Of a DNA stretch of 64,000 nucleotides, positions 47,987-57,591 are shown in pieces. The stretch comes from an uncultured Bacillales bacterium (GTDB lineage: Bacteria; Bacillota_I; Bacilli_A; RF39; UBA660). Positions within the stretch are counted from its first letter, which is position 1. The number at the start of each line of letters is the position of its first letter. The notes under the pieces were generated by a model. That model was not told where the DNA came from and did not search any database. It saw nothing but the letters and a program-made list of their open reading frames with translations. Location: assembly GCA_946534345.1 (NCBI GenBank), contig CAMNCL010000002.1, positions 97,010-161,009 on the forward strand, written 5' to 3'. The translations under genes were made by a program, and so were the position numbers.

Positions 47987-48496
47987 TTATTTTCCAAGTT
48001 CTCTGTCATAACAATGACCACCTTGAGATTCATATAACTTTTTAATCTTTTCAAAATCTTTAGGTGGAGTATTCATAAATACTGTCTCATTATTCAATTC
48101 ACACACACACATAACACTACGAAATTCAGAGTATTTTTTGGAATTCTTTTTATCATGAATAATCTTATTTAATGATAGAAATATACATACTAAAATAATT
48201 GTTAATACAAAAACTGAAGCTAACATTCCACTCATAATTCTATTCAGTTTGTTCATGTTAGTATTACTTTTGTTTGTCTTATCTAATAATACATCCTTAA
48301 TATCATTATCAACCAATTCATCTAGGCTAATATTAAACACAGTAGATAGTTCTTTTGCTTGTTTCAAATCAGGACTTGACTCATTTAATTCCCAATTACT
48401 AATAGTTTGTCTAGTTACTCCTATCTTCTCTGCTAATTTTTCTTGTGACAATTTATTTTCTTTTCTTAGGTCATAAATCTTCTTGCCAACTGCCAT
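47987..48496 (-). CDS. XRE-family HTH regulator with C-terminal TM
   Basis: LRKENKLSQEKLAEKIGVTRQTISNWELNESSPDL; one TM; C-terminal Cys pair. Confidence 0.88.
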   Translation of the reverse strand: MAVGKKIYDLRKENKLSQEKLAEKIGVTRQTISNWELNESSPDLKQAKELSTVFNISLDELVDNDIKDVLLDKTNKSNTNMNKLNRIMSGMLASVFVLTIILVCIFLSLNKIIHDKKNSKKYSEFRSVMCVCELNNETVFMNTPPKDFEKIKKLYESQGGHCYDRELGK

Positions 48497-48556
48497 ATCA
48501 TCACTCCTCAGTAAAGAGTATAACACAACTTTTTAGTAAATAATAGATTTACTTAC

Positions 48557-49195
48557 TTAATATTTAAATTTTTCTAAAACTTTAGGCATCTCTTTATCAA
48601 ATCTCACTATTTTTTCTACTGTTATATTTTGTTCACGACACAATTCTTCATATTTATCATCCCAAGATAAATCATAGGCATCATTTAAATCAAAATTCAA
48701 TTTACTTAACCATTCTTTTATAATTAATTCGCCGTCTCTTTCTATACTTTTATTTTCAATTTCTATACATACTCCAAATGGATATTCATCTACTACTATT
48801 TCAACATCTTTATTGGCATAAATAGAACGATATCTTTCATAACTTTCTACTAATTCTAAGTGTAAAACATCTGTGAGTAATAGGCACAATTTATCATATT
48901 CTTCTGGTTTAATAGATACTTCTATTTCTTCTTCTTTATGAATTAATTCATTACTTTTTAATCTTCTCTTCCAAGTAATCATACATTTAGAAATATCTTC
49001 TCCAATAGTTTTTCTAACTCTAAATCTACCATCTATTTCACTACTATAAAAATTATATTCATCCATTGGATGATTATATTGATCAGTACACTCATAGAAT
49101 TTACCATTATATTTTAAATCTTTATAATTTTCTAAATACTTAATTATTTTATCCTTACTATCTTTAGAATAATAAAATCTAACTTCTGTTTCCAT
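48557..49195 (-). CDS. CYTH-domain protein, copy 1
   Basis: N-terminal ExE (ETEVRF), RFRVRK, EEEIEV, YERYRS, EIENK. Confidence 0.75.
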   Translation of the reverse strand: METEVRFYYSKDSKDKIIKYLENYKDLKYNGKFYECTDQYNHPMDEYNFYSSEIDGRFRVRKTIGEDISKCMITWKRRLKSNELIHKEEEIEVSIKPEEYDKLCLLLTDVLHLELVESYERYRSIYANKDVEIVVDEYPFGVCIEIENKSIERDGELIIKEWLSKLNFDLNDAYDLSWDDKYEELCREQNITVEKIVRFDKEMPKVLEKFKY

Positions 49196-49236
49196 AAACA
49201 CCTCATAAATAAACTTATATATTTATTATATCTTTT

Positions 49237-49632
49237 TTAATAATCAATTTCCATAATATTAGAAAACTCTATCTTATAATTATCATTAAAAATAATATTA
49301 CTATTAATATAATCTATTTTTTTAATCTTACCATAATACTCTAAATAACAGCCTCCATCTTTATAATTGTCTTGTTTAAAATAAATCACTTTAATATTAG
49401 GTAAATCAGTTAAATTATTAAGACTTTGAAGTTTATAATCCAATAAGTTTTTATAATCTTCTGTTAGAATTAGTTTTTTATTTGTAAGACGAGCAGTTTC
49501 ATATACAGCACTTTCATAACCAGTTAAAGCTGCGAAGGGAGCAAATTGAGCTGATCTATTATAAATACTCATTCTTGGATGAAAACGTGGTTCATAATGG
49601 CTTAAATTAATAATATCATTGTATTCATTCAT
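49237..49632 (-). CDS. YolD-like protein
   Basis: YNDIINL.H...HPRMS..NRSAQFAPFAALTGY. Confidence 0.85.
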   Translation of the reverse strand: MNEYNDIINLSHYEPRFHPRMSIYNRSAQFAPFAALTGYESAVYETARLTNKKLILTEDYKNLLDYKLQSLNNLTDLPNIKVIYFKQDNYKDGGCYLEYYGKIKKIDYINSNIIFNDNYKIEFSNIMEIDY

Positions 49633-51125
49633 CCTCTATGACCCCCTACCTGTTTATTTCTATCAATAGTAGTTCCATATGATAAAAGATTCATACCTTT
49701 CAAAATAGAATTTTTTCCATATTTGTTTTTGATTTCCAAAATAGCTTCTTGAATCTTTGTCTCAGCCACTTCTCTATTTAATTTTTCTTCATATTGAACA
49801 CAAGTACTTTCAATATTACTAAAGATATCTAATTGTTTATATATAGGATCTTTTTTCATACTAGAATGTTCAAGATTTATTGCGGTAATATTTATTCTTC
49901 TGATTAATAAAATTGGATTTACAATCTTTTCATATAACTTCATAACTTCCATAGTAATATACTTCGTAGAAGAAGTCATATAATCTAATTTACATGTACC
50001 ATGAGCATGTTTAGGTACTTTCCTACCATAATAATCAATAGTAATTTCACCACTATATAAATCATTAATACGATTATTAGTTAAATTAGAAATATCATAA
50101 CCTATTGTCAAAACAATACTATTAGTAACATAATTTTTCCTTACTAAATCTAGAGTTAATAATTCAACCATCTCTTTGACAATCAATTTAGCTTTTTGAT
50201 AGTCATATGCTTCATGTAATACTTGCCCTGATGATAAACTAGTAGCTTGTGGCTTATAACTTTTAATATCTTTCATAGTACATGGTTCATAGCCCCAAGC
50301 ATGATCAATTAATAATTCTGCATTTACTCCAAACAGCTTATATAATAATTGTTCACTAGTAAGTGACTTCCTCGCAACATCACCCATAGTATGCATATTA
50401 TACTTTTCTAATTTAGTAGCTATTCCTCTACCAACTCTCCAAAAATCAGTCAAAGGTTTATGACTCCATAATCTTCTTCGATACTCTAATTCATCTAATT
50501 CTGCAATTCTAACACCATGTTCATTAGCTTCTTCATGCTTAGCTACTATATCCATCGCAACTTTTGCTAAATATAAATTTGTCCCAATTCCCGCTGTTGC
50601 AGTTATACCGGTAGTAATATATACATCTTTAATTATTTTTTCAACGATTTCTCTTGGAGACAATTTATACATTTTTAAATAATTTGTAATATCACAAAAA
50701 ACTTCATCTATTGAATAAACATATATATCTTCAGGAGCTAAATACTTAAGATATATTTTATAAATATCTGTACTATATTTCATATAGTGTTTCATTCTAG
50801 GAGGAGCTATTATAAAATCTAATTTTAATAAATCATTATTCTTTAATTCAATATCATCATATGATTTACCAGTAAATTTTGTATTAATCTTATCTTTTCT
50901 CTTCTTATTAATCTTATTTACAGTACTTTTAACTTCATAAAGTCTTGATCTACCACTAATACCATATTGTTTTAATGAAGGAGTAACAGCTAAACAAATA
51001 GTTTTATCAGTTCTAGATTTGTCCGCAACTACCAAGTTTGTAGTTAATGGATTGAGTCCCCTCTCAACACATTCTACAGAGGCATAAAAGCTTTTTAAAT
51101 CAATACACATGTATATTTTATTCAT
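49629..51125 (-). CDS. Y-family (ImpB/MucB/UvrX-like) DNA polymerase
   Basis: CIDLKSFYASVEC, YSIDE, GIGTNLYLAKVAMD, FWRVGRG, RN.QVGGH. Confidence 0.92.
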   Translation of the reverse strand: MNKIYMCIDLKSFYASVECVERGLNPLTTNLVVADKSRTDKTICLAVTPSLKQYGISGRSRLYEVKSTVNKINKKRKDKINTKFTGKSYDDIELKNNDLLKLDFIIAPPRMKHYMKYSTDIYKIYLKYLAPEDIYVYSIDEVFCDITNYLKMYKLSPREIVEKIIKDVYITTGITATAGIGTNLYLAKVAMDIVAKHEEANEHGVRIAELDELEYRRRLWSHKPLTDFWRVGRGIATKLEKYNMHTMGDVARKSLTSEQLLYKLFGVNAELLIDHAWGYEPCTMKDIKSYKPQATSLSSGQVLHEAYDYQKAKLIVKEMVELLTLDLVRKNYVTNSIVLTIGYDISNLTNNRINDLYSGEITIDYYGRKVPKHAHGTCKLDYMTSSTKYITMEVMKLYEKIVNPILLIRRINITAINLEHSSMKKDPIYKQLDIFSNIESTCVQYEEKLNREVAETKIQEAILEIKNKYGKNSILKGMNLLSYGTTIDRNKQVGGHRG

Positions 51126-51167
51126 ATTTATACCTCCCAATCAAAGTATAACACAAATTGCCAGAAT

Positions 51168-51181
51168 AGAACATAGGTTCG
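51168..51181. promoter_or_regulatory. Gram-positive LexA (Cheo) box
   Basis: AGAAC-ATAG-GTTCG overlapping the -35 region upstream of the polymerase (extended -10 TGTTATACT). Confidence 0.85.
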
Positions 51182-51229
51182 TAGTAAAAAAATAAAAAAA
51201 AAGAGTATTTTATACTCCTTTTGACAAAA

Positions 51230-51625
51230 TTAACTAATTAATTCTTTTGAAATAGTTTCTGCTTCATTTAATTCTTCAGCACTAGGCATATTTTTATAGT
51301 ATAAGTATTTATCAACTACACTAATATTTTTCTTAGTTAATTCTTTCTTTAATAAATCAATTGAGTGTTTTGATAACCAAGAAGTAGAAAATACTACAGC
51401 TTTACTTATCTTAGTTCCATCTAGTTCAGAAATATACTTCTTTATTTTATTGTCTAGTCCATAAGCATACAAAGCTCCACCAATAAATAATATATCAACA
51501 TTGTCATTTATAGGGGCTTTTTCATCAGTAATAGAAATTGCTTCTACTCCAACTCCTTTAGCAATAGCTTCTGCTAAAGCTTTAGTGTTTCCGCTTCTAG
51601 AATAATATCTTACTTCTACTTTCAT
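51230..51625 (-). CDS. Flavodoxin-like protein
   Basis: YYSRSGNTKALAEAI, LFIGGALY, VVFSTS. Confidence 0.85.
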   Translation of the reverse strand: MKVEVRYYSRSGNTKALAEAIAKGVGVEAISITDEKAPINDNVDILFIGGALYAYGLDNKIKKYISELDGTKISKAVVFSTSWLSKHSIDLLKKELTKKNISVVDKYLYYKNMPSAEELNEAETISKELIS

Positions 51626-51689
51626 AAAATCCCTTCTTTTCTTTAAATTAATTATAACATAAAAAAGGACTATAACTAGTCCTTTTAAC

Positions 51690-54023
51690 TTATTCTTCTA
51701 CTATAATACGCATATCAGATATGGTTCCAGTAAAGAATCTATCTGGATTATGACTACTATTATATATACCACCGAAACTACAATTATCAACAAAGTATTT
51801 ATTCAAGTTCCAACTTGACTGATTGTATAGTAGCGTTGTAGTTCCATTACCATCTTTATCAGTATATGAGAAATATACTATACCATTTCTTCTCTTGAAT
51901 ACCATTTCAACTGGAACTTTGTTTATTGAAATTGCCGGAAGCTTAGTAGATCCACCAGTACCACTCCATTTATATTGTGGAAGCATATTAAATCTACTAC
52001 TACTTTCAAATCTTACATTAAATCCTGGCCATATATTAGTATTAGACTCATCTTTACAATTTATTATAGTAGCTTGAGTATATGTAGATATAACAGTATC
52101 AGCAACTGATGTAACAGTAAACCTAATTTCGAAGTCTTTATTCATTGTAGTAGCATCGGAATATAAATTAACTCCAGTATCCATAAATGTAGAAGCTGTA
52201 CCATCAAACACATGATCACCAGGTCGTTCAAATTCAGTTTTTAAGAATATTGCATATAATGTAATAACTTCATCATCATTTTGAGCAATATTTAAAACTT
52301 TCTCTTCATCTTCATACCATGTTCCATTTCCATTTGCTGATGTATTCCAGCCGAAGAACTCATAACCAGTTTTAGTAAATTCTACTGGTTTTATAGCTGT
52401 TTCTTTATTAAACAGTATTTCCTGATCTGTCATTGTTCCACTTGCGCCATTAGCATCAAAATGTAAGTAGTAATATTTTATCTTCTCCCATTGAGCATAT
52501 AGATGAACAACATCACCATCATTAGCAATATTAGTTATCTGTTGCTTATTAGTATAACTTGTACCACTTCCATCTGCAGCTGTATTCCAACCTGCAAACG
52601 TATAGTGAACCGGATCTTTTTCATATTCATTATCATTCAAATTAACAGTTTCTCCAACTTTAACTGTTTGCTCAAGCATCATACCGGTACCACCATTTGG
52701 ATGGAATTTAATCGTATATGCAGGTCTATCAATAAGTTCTACATGCATTTCTGAAAGAGCACCTTTAAGCACACGTTCTGGTTTTACAACCTGTCCTCCA
52801 AACGTGGCAGTAACATCAAAGAATTTATTAAAATTACTATAATCTTGATAATTTGTAAATGTTGTTCCACCATCTAAACTATATGAGAATTGACCATTTT
52901 CTTTCTTCAAAACAATTGTATCTCCGACATTTGCATTAACAGCATTATTTTTCTTGTGATTTTTATCATTAACATTTGCATTTACATTGAAACTGTTTTG
53001 AAACCAACGGAATTGAATACCTGGATACGGATCAGCAGTCTCTTCCATATCAGCAAATAAAACAGCACGATCAACATTATCATTAGCAAAATCATCAATA
53101 GTAAATTCTACTATAAAGTCTTTGTCAGAGTTCCATTCATTAAATAGTGCAATTCCAGAATCAACAAGATGATCAGCATTAAATACTTCAGAATCCTCTT
53201 GATAGAAGAAAACTTTATTCCATTTAGCATATAGCGTAACGTCATGATCTGGTGCATATTGCTCATTTACTTGATTTTCAAATGTAGATTCTGTATACCA
53301 TCCTACTAATTCATAATCATAAGTACAACCATCTGCAATACGATTACCGCTACTACCAGTACAATCATTATATGTAACATTAGGTAAATAATTAATTGGA
53401 TCTCCATTATCAACAGTTCTAGTTTGATTAGGATCACCATTATTAAGTATATATGTTACTTGATATGTATCAGTATATATAGGTCCAATAGTTGTATCTT
53501 CTTCTAAAGTGAATTCATAAATACGATTTGTATTATTATTAGACCATTTAATAAAGTTATTACCATATCCATCATCAGGATCAGCTTCTAAATGTATTGT
53601 AGTTCCATAATAGTATGTTCCTGCTGGTGTACTAGTATTAGGATTAACATACTGAGGATTGGTAATAGTTAAATGATATTGATTTCTAGTATATAAATAT
53701 GTAATTACGGTATTTTGGAAACTATTAAGTGTTACTGTCTGAGTAGCTGGAGCAGTAAAACCAGGAAGCTGAGATGGTGTTAAAGTCGCAGGTGTTACTG
53801 TTGTTCCTATAGTTACCTCATAACTCTCAGTAAAATAATCAGTATATGTAGTTCCATCTGTATTCATTGTTTTATGAACTACTGTATATGTAGTTTTATC
53901 ACAAACAGTTAATGTATTAACTGCTGGTGAAGTAGCCATTTTAAAATATCCATAAATACCAGTAATAAAAAGAGATAAAGACACAATAACACATAAACTA
54001 GCGAATAGTTTAAATTTCTTCAT
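51690..54023 (-). CDS. SipW-type secreted adhesin: MucBP-like domain, InlB B-repeats and two lectin-like beta-sandwiches
   Basis: GIYGYF signal motif; YTFAGWNTAADGSG / GYEFFGWNTSANGNG repeats; two homologous KDF.(V/I).FT...PG...FGG domains. Confidence 0.8.
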   Translation of the reverse strand: MKKFKLFASLCVIVSLSLFITGIYGYFKMATSPAVNTLTVCDKTTYTVVHKTMNTDGTTYTDYFTESYEVTIGTTVTPATLTPSQLPGFTAPATQTVTLNSFQNTVITYLYTRNQYHLTITNPQYVNPNTSTPAGTYYYGTTIHLEADPDDGYGNNFIKWSNNNTNRIYEFTLEEDTTIGPIYTDTYQVTYILNNGDPNQTRTVDNGDPINYLPNVTYNDCTGSSGNRIADGCTYDYELVGWYTESTFENQVNEQYAPDHDVTLYAKWNKVFFYQEDSEVFNADHLVDSGIALFNEWNSDKDFIVEFTIDDFANDNVDRAVLFADMEETADPYPGIQFRWFQNSFNVNANVNDKNHKKNNAVNANVGDTIVLKKENGQFSYSLDGGTTFTNYQDYSNFNKFFDVTATFGGQVVKPERVLKGALSEMHVELIDRPAYTIKFHPNGGTGMMLEQTVKVGETVNLNDNEYEKDPVHYTFAGWNTAADGSGTSYTNKQQITNIANDGDVVHLYAQWEKIKYYYLHFDANGASGTMTDQEILFNKETAIKPVEFTKTGYEFFGWNTSANGNGTWYEDEEKVLNIAQNDDEVITLYAIFLKTEFERPGDHVFDGTASTFMDTGVNLYSDATTMNKDFEIRFTVTSVADTVISTYTQATIINCKDESNTNIWPGFNVRFESSSRFNMLPQYKWSGTGGSTKLPAISINKVPVEMVFKRRNGIVYFSYTDKDGNGTTTLLYNQSSWNLNKYFVDNCSFGGIYNSSHNPDRFFTGTISDMRIIVEE

Positions 54024-54043
54024 ATGTCTTCACCTCTTTCTAA

Positions 54044-54523
54044 TTATTTTTCTGTCTTTTTAGTATCATCACCAAATAATATGCCACAGATAAATAATAC
54101 AGCTATACAAGACAAAAATATTATTTTTCCATTAGTTGTCCTAAATATCATTACCATATAACCTAACTTAGGAATCCATAACATATCTTTTCCAACATAA
54201 TTAATCTTTGTTACTACATTATTATCTGCCTTTTTATTACTATCTCCTTTGGTTATAATACCTTCTTCAGTGATACTTTTTACTCTATGAGTAACTAAAG
54301 TACCATCATCTAGCTTAAATGCTATAATATCTTTTTCTTTAATTTTATCAATACTTATATTTTTATTTACGAAGCACAAGCTTCCTGTTTTAATAGTTGG
54401 TTCCATAGAACCAGACAATACAACATATGGAACTATTCCTAGAAAATATAAAACTAAGAATAGTCCACCTATAGCAATAATTAATGTCATTAAGGCATTA
54501 ATTATTTTTTTCAAAACTTTCAT
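54044..54523 (-). CDS. sipW: Signal peptidase I, SipW (ER/archaeal type)
   Basis: VVLSGSMEPTI, THRV, TKGDSN. Confidence 0.93.
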   Translation of the reverse strand: MKVLKKIINALMTLIIAIGGLFLVLYFLGIVPYVVLSGSMEPTIKTGSLCFVNKNISIDKIKEKDIIAFKLDDGTLVTHRVKSITEEGIITKGDSNKKADNNVVTKINYVGKDMLWIPKLGYMVMIFRTTNGKIIFLSCIAVLFICGILFGDDTKKTEK

Positions 54524-54529
54524 ATGTTA

Positions 54530-55144
54530 TTAACTGAAACTAACTTCTGTCCAAATTCCACTTGGAGTATTAGCAGTTAATCCAGTAGTTTGTACACCAT
54601 AACCAGTAACAACAACATTTTTATTTCCTGATAATCCTTGCTCAGATCCAGTTATAGAATTATTAAGAGTTACATTAGCAAATACTGCTGGTGTTGCAGA
54701 ACCTGCTGCTAAAGCTGTCATTGCAGAAGCTGTTCCATAGTTATAAACTTTTGTTGCTACGCCATTAGTACAAGCACCATCAGTCATTAGATTCCATCCA
54801 CTTCCAATTGAATTTAGTGTAAATATTTCAACAGGAGTAGCATCAGATGTACAAGGTATTTCAACCTTTGCATATACATATGCAGGCGCAGTTGCGCTGA
54901 CATTAGTAACTACTGGATCCTTTGCTACAGTAACTCCTGGTGAAATATTTTCAGCAGCGTCTGGTATATTATTTCCATTAGCATCTGTAGTAGACCAATT
55001 ATCCTCTTTTAAAGTAATATCTACATTACCTACTGTAAATGTATTTGTTTTAGTATCACTATCTGTGAAATATGCAATTGCTCCTCCAACTGCGAATACT
55101 AGTAATAATACTAGTGAAGCTATAATAATTTTTTTCTTATTCAT
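54530..55144 (-). CDS. TasA/CalY-like SipW-dependent fibre subunit
   Basis: VGGAIAYFTDSDTKTNTFTVGNVDITLKE; KDPVVTN. Confidence 0.88.
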   Translation of the reverse strand: MNKKKIIIASLVLLLVFAVGGAIAYFTDSDTKTNTFTVGNVDITLKEDNWSTTDANGNNIPDAAENISPGVTVAKDPVVTNVSATAPAYVYAKVEIPCTSDATPVEIFTLNSIGSGWNLMTDGACTNGVATKVYNYGTASAMTALAAGSATPAVFANVTLNNSITGSEQGLSGNKNVVVTGYGVQTTGLTANTPSGIWTEVSFS

Positions 55145-55146
55145 AA

Positions 55147-56289
55147 TTAAATCCTCTCTTCTTTATTATTTATTTTTCCAAATATCAAAGTAATTATTAA
55201 TCCCAATGTTGAAAATATAAATATAATTATTGATAAATCAAGATTTATATCACTCGTATTAGGGTTTATATTACTTTCGTGATCATCTCCATCATCTTCA
55301 TCTTGATGATCAGCATTTTCATATGAGAACTTCCACATCACTTTAGCAAATAATTTACTATATTCATTATCTGCATCAATTGGTAAAGATAACTCTATAG
55401 TATATGAGTCTCCTTGCCCAGGACTGAAAGTTCCTAAAACGAATTTTCCTTTATTAGCAAGATTACTATTTACCAGCACTTCTCCTGAACTATTCCTGAT
55501 TACAAGTTTAATTTTTTGTAATAACGCTATTTCATCATTAGATAATCTATCATAATTAATAGCTAGGTAATATATATTCTTTTTATCACCACTATTTAAG
55601 ATTGTAACATCTTCACTCATACTATCTCCAGGTAACATATTACCCATATGACCAAAGAAATCATCATCTAAACTAACATGATTATTTGCATCATCTTCAT
55701 ATATAACAGATGACTCTCCATCGTAGTCAATATCATATGTTCTATCAATGCTTTCTTGAATCTCAACATTATTCCAATCACCGTCAAAATTCTTTGATTG
55801 AATAGCATCAACAATCATATGAACAACAACTACTTGACCATCAGATTCTGAAGGCAAATTATCAGGAATAACTACCTTATTAAATAAATCAATTGAAGCT
55901 TCCTTACTAAAGACTGAATCATAATAGTAATAATCCCCATCTTTAGTCCAAGAAGAATAATTGCCAACTATATAGTCTGTTATAGGAAACTCTTGGTCAT
56001 CAACAGTATAAGTAATCTTTGCCCTTATATAACAGTCTATACCGAGATTATTTACTCTAGGAACTAAATTAATTACATCTCCTGGCATTACCTTTTTACC
56101 ATCTTCTTGAAATGGTTCATTGTTCTGATTATATTCTTTTATTTCAATATCTACAGAACTAGTTGATACGCCATTTTCAATGTCGCTCATTTCATCATTT
56201 AATGCATAAATACCAGAAATGCACATTAATAGAAAGAATATAGTTCCAAGTAATATTAATCTCTTGTTATTAACACAATATAGAATCAC
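55147..56289 (-). CDS. SipW-cluster protein with two TasA-like domains and a C-terminal sorting-like signal
   Basis: SGIYAL..STSSVDIEIKEY, MPGD / MLPGD, C-terminal INPNTSD-TM-basic tail; exact start uncertain. Confidence 0.75.
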   Translation of the reverse strand: MILYCVNNKRLILLGTIFFLLMCISGIYALNDEMSDIENGVSTSSVDIEIKEYNQNNEPFQEDGKKVMPGDVINLVPRVNNLGIDCYIRAKITYTVDDQEFPITDYIVGNYSSWTKDGDYYYYDSVFSKEASIDLFNKVVIPDNLPSESDGQVVVVHMIVDAIQSKNFDGDWNNVEIQESIDRTYDIDYDGESSVIYEDDANNHVSLDDDFFGHMGNMLPGDSMSEDVTILNSGDKKNIYYLAINYDRLSNDEIALLQKIKLVIRNSSGEVLVNSNLANKGKFVLGTFSPGQGDSYTIELSLPIDADNEYSKLFAKVMWKFSYENADHQDEDDGDDHESNINPNTSDINLDLSIIIFIFSTLGLIITLIFGKINNKEERI

Positions 56290-56386
56290 CTCCTATATAA
56301 TAAACTACACTCTACCATATATAATTATACAATAAAAAAAATAAATAGCAAACTATTTACTTTCTTTAAAGATAACAAAAAGAACT

Positions 56387-56824
56387 CTATGAGTTCTTAT
56401 ATTCTTTACCATTTACATATAACTTATAACCATTTAGATTAATATTACTATTAGTTGTATCAGCGTTAGTTAATGATTTAACATACGTATCTCCAGTTAA
56501 AGTAATAGTACTTGTCTTATCTAATGTTAAATTAACTTCCCCAGTATTACTATTATTAATAGTTCCTTTAAATGAAGAATTATTAGATAGATTCATAGTT
56601 AATTTAGCTTTTATATTATTTTTTCTAATTTCTTTTAGTATTTCTATACCATTAATTCCCGGTAACATTATATCTAGTATTATAAGATCATATAAATCCT
56701 CTAAAGCGTTATATAAACCTTCTTCTCCATCTAAAGATATATCTACAATATATTTTTCTTTTTTTAATCTATTAGCAACTAATTCAGCTAATGATTCTTC
56801 ATCTTCAACAATAAGTATTCTCAT
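56387..56824 (-). pseudogene. Chimera: truncated response-regulator receiver fused in frame to the C-terminus of a beta-helix protein
   Basis: MRILIVEDE...LDIMLPGINGIEIL...KAK joined to LTMNL...TLDKTSTITLTGDTYV; the receiver T/K residues and DNA-binding domain are missing. Confidence 0.8.
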
Positions 56825-56869
56825 GTAATCACCTCGAATATATTTAAACATCTGTATATTAAATGAATA

Positions 56870-57508
56870 TTAAATATCAAATTTATTAGTAATCTTTGGC
56901 ATATCCTTATCAAATCTAACTGTTTTTTCTATATTTTTATTTTGCTCTTTACATAATTCTTCATATTTATCGTCCCATGATAATCTATAGGCATCATTTA
57001 TATCTAATTTGAGTTTATCTAACCAATTATTTATTACTTCATAGGCATCTTTATTCTTACTTTTATTTTCAAGCTCTACACATAAACCAAATGGATATTC
57101 ATCTACTACTATTTCTATATCTTCATTACTAAATACAGAACGATATCTTTCATAACTTTCAACAATAGTTAAATGTAATACATCATTTAACAATAAACAT
57201 AATTTATCATATTCTTCTGGATCAATAGATACTTCTATTTCTTCTTCATTATGTATTAATTCATTAGATTGTAATCTTCTCTTCCAAGTAATCATACATT
57301 TAGATAAATTATCTCCTATAGTTTTTCTTACTCTAAAACGACCATCAATTTTCTTACTATAAAAATCATATTCTTTCATAGGATGATTATATTGATCTGT
57401 ACATTCATAAAATCTTCCTTTAAATTCTAATTCTTTAAAACTTTTAAAGTAATTTATAATATCATCTTTACTTTCAATTGAGTAATAAAATCTAATTTCT
57501 GTTTCCAT
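56870..57508 (-). CDS. CYTH-domain protein, copy 2
   Basis: Collinear with 48557-49195, about 70% identical by eye. Confidence 0.75.
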   Translation of the reverse strand: METEIRFYYSIESKDDIINYFKSFKELEFKGRFYECTDQYNHPMKEYDFYSKKIDGRFRVRKTIGDNLSKCMITWKRRLQSNELIHNEEEIEVSIDPEEYDKLCLLLNDVLHLTIVESYERYRSVFSNEDIEIVVDEYPFGLCVELENKSKNKDAYEVINNWLDKLKLDINDAYRLSWDDKYEELCKEQNKNIEKTVRFDKDMPKITNKFDI

Positions 57509-57591
57509 ATTATCACCTTTTTTCTATTCATTATTATAGCATATAATACTACTAAAAAAAGGGACATATGTCCCTTTGTAAATTTTTCTTT

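Noticed and set aside
47971-47990. AAGAAC-AATATT-GTTCTT as a LexA box
   Set aside because: The spacer is 6 nt rather than 4, and it lies at a gene end next to an A-tract, so it is a terminator hairpin.
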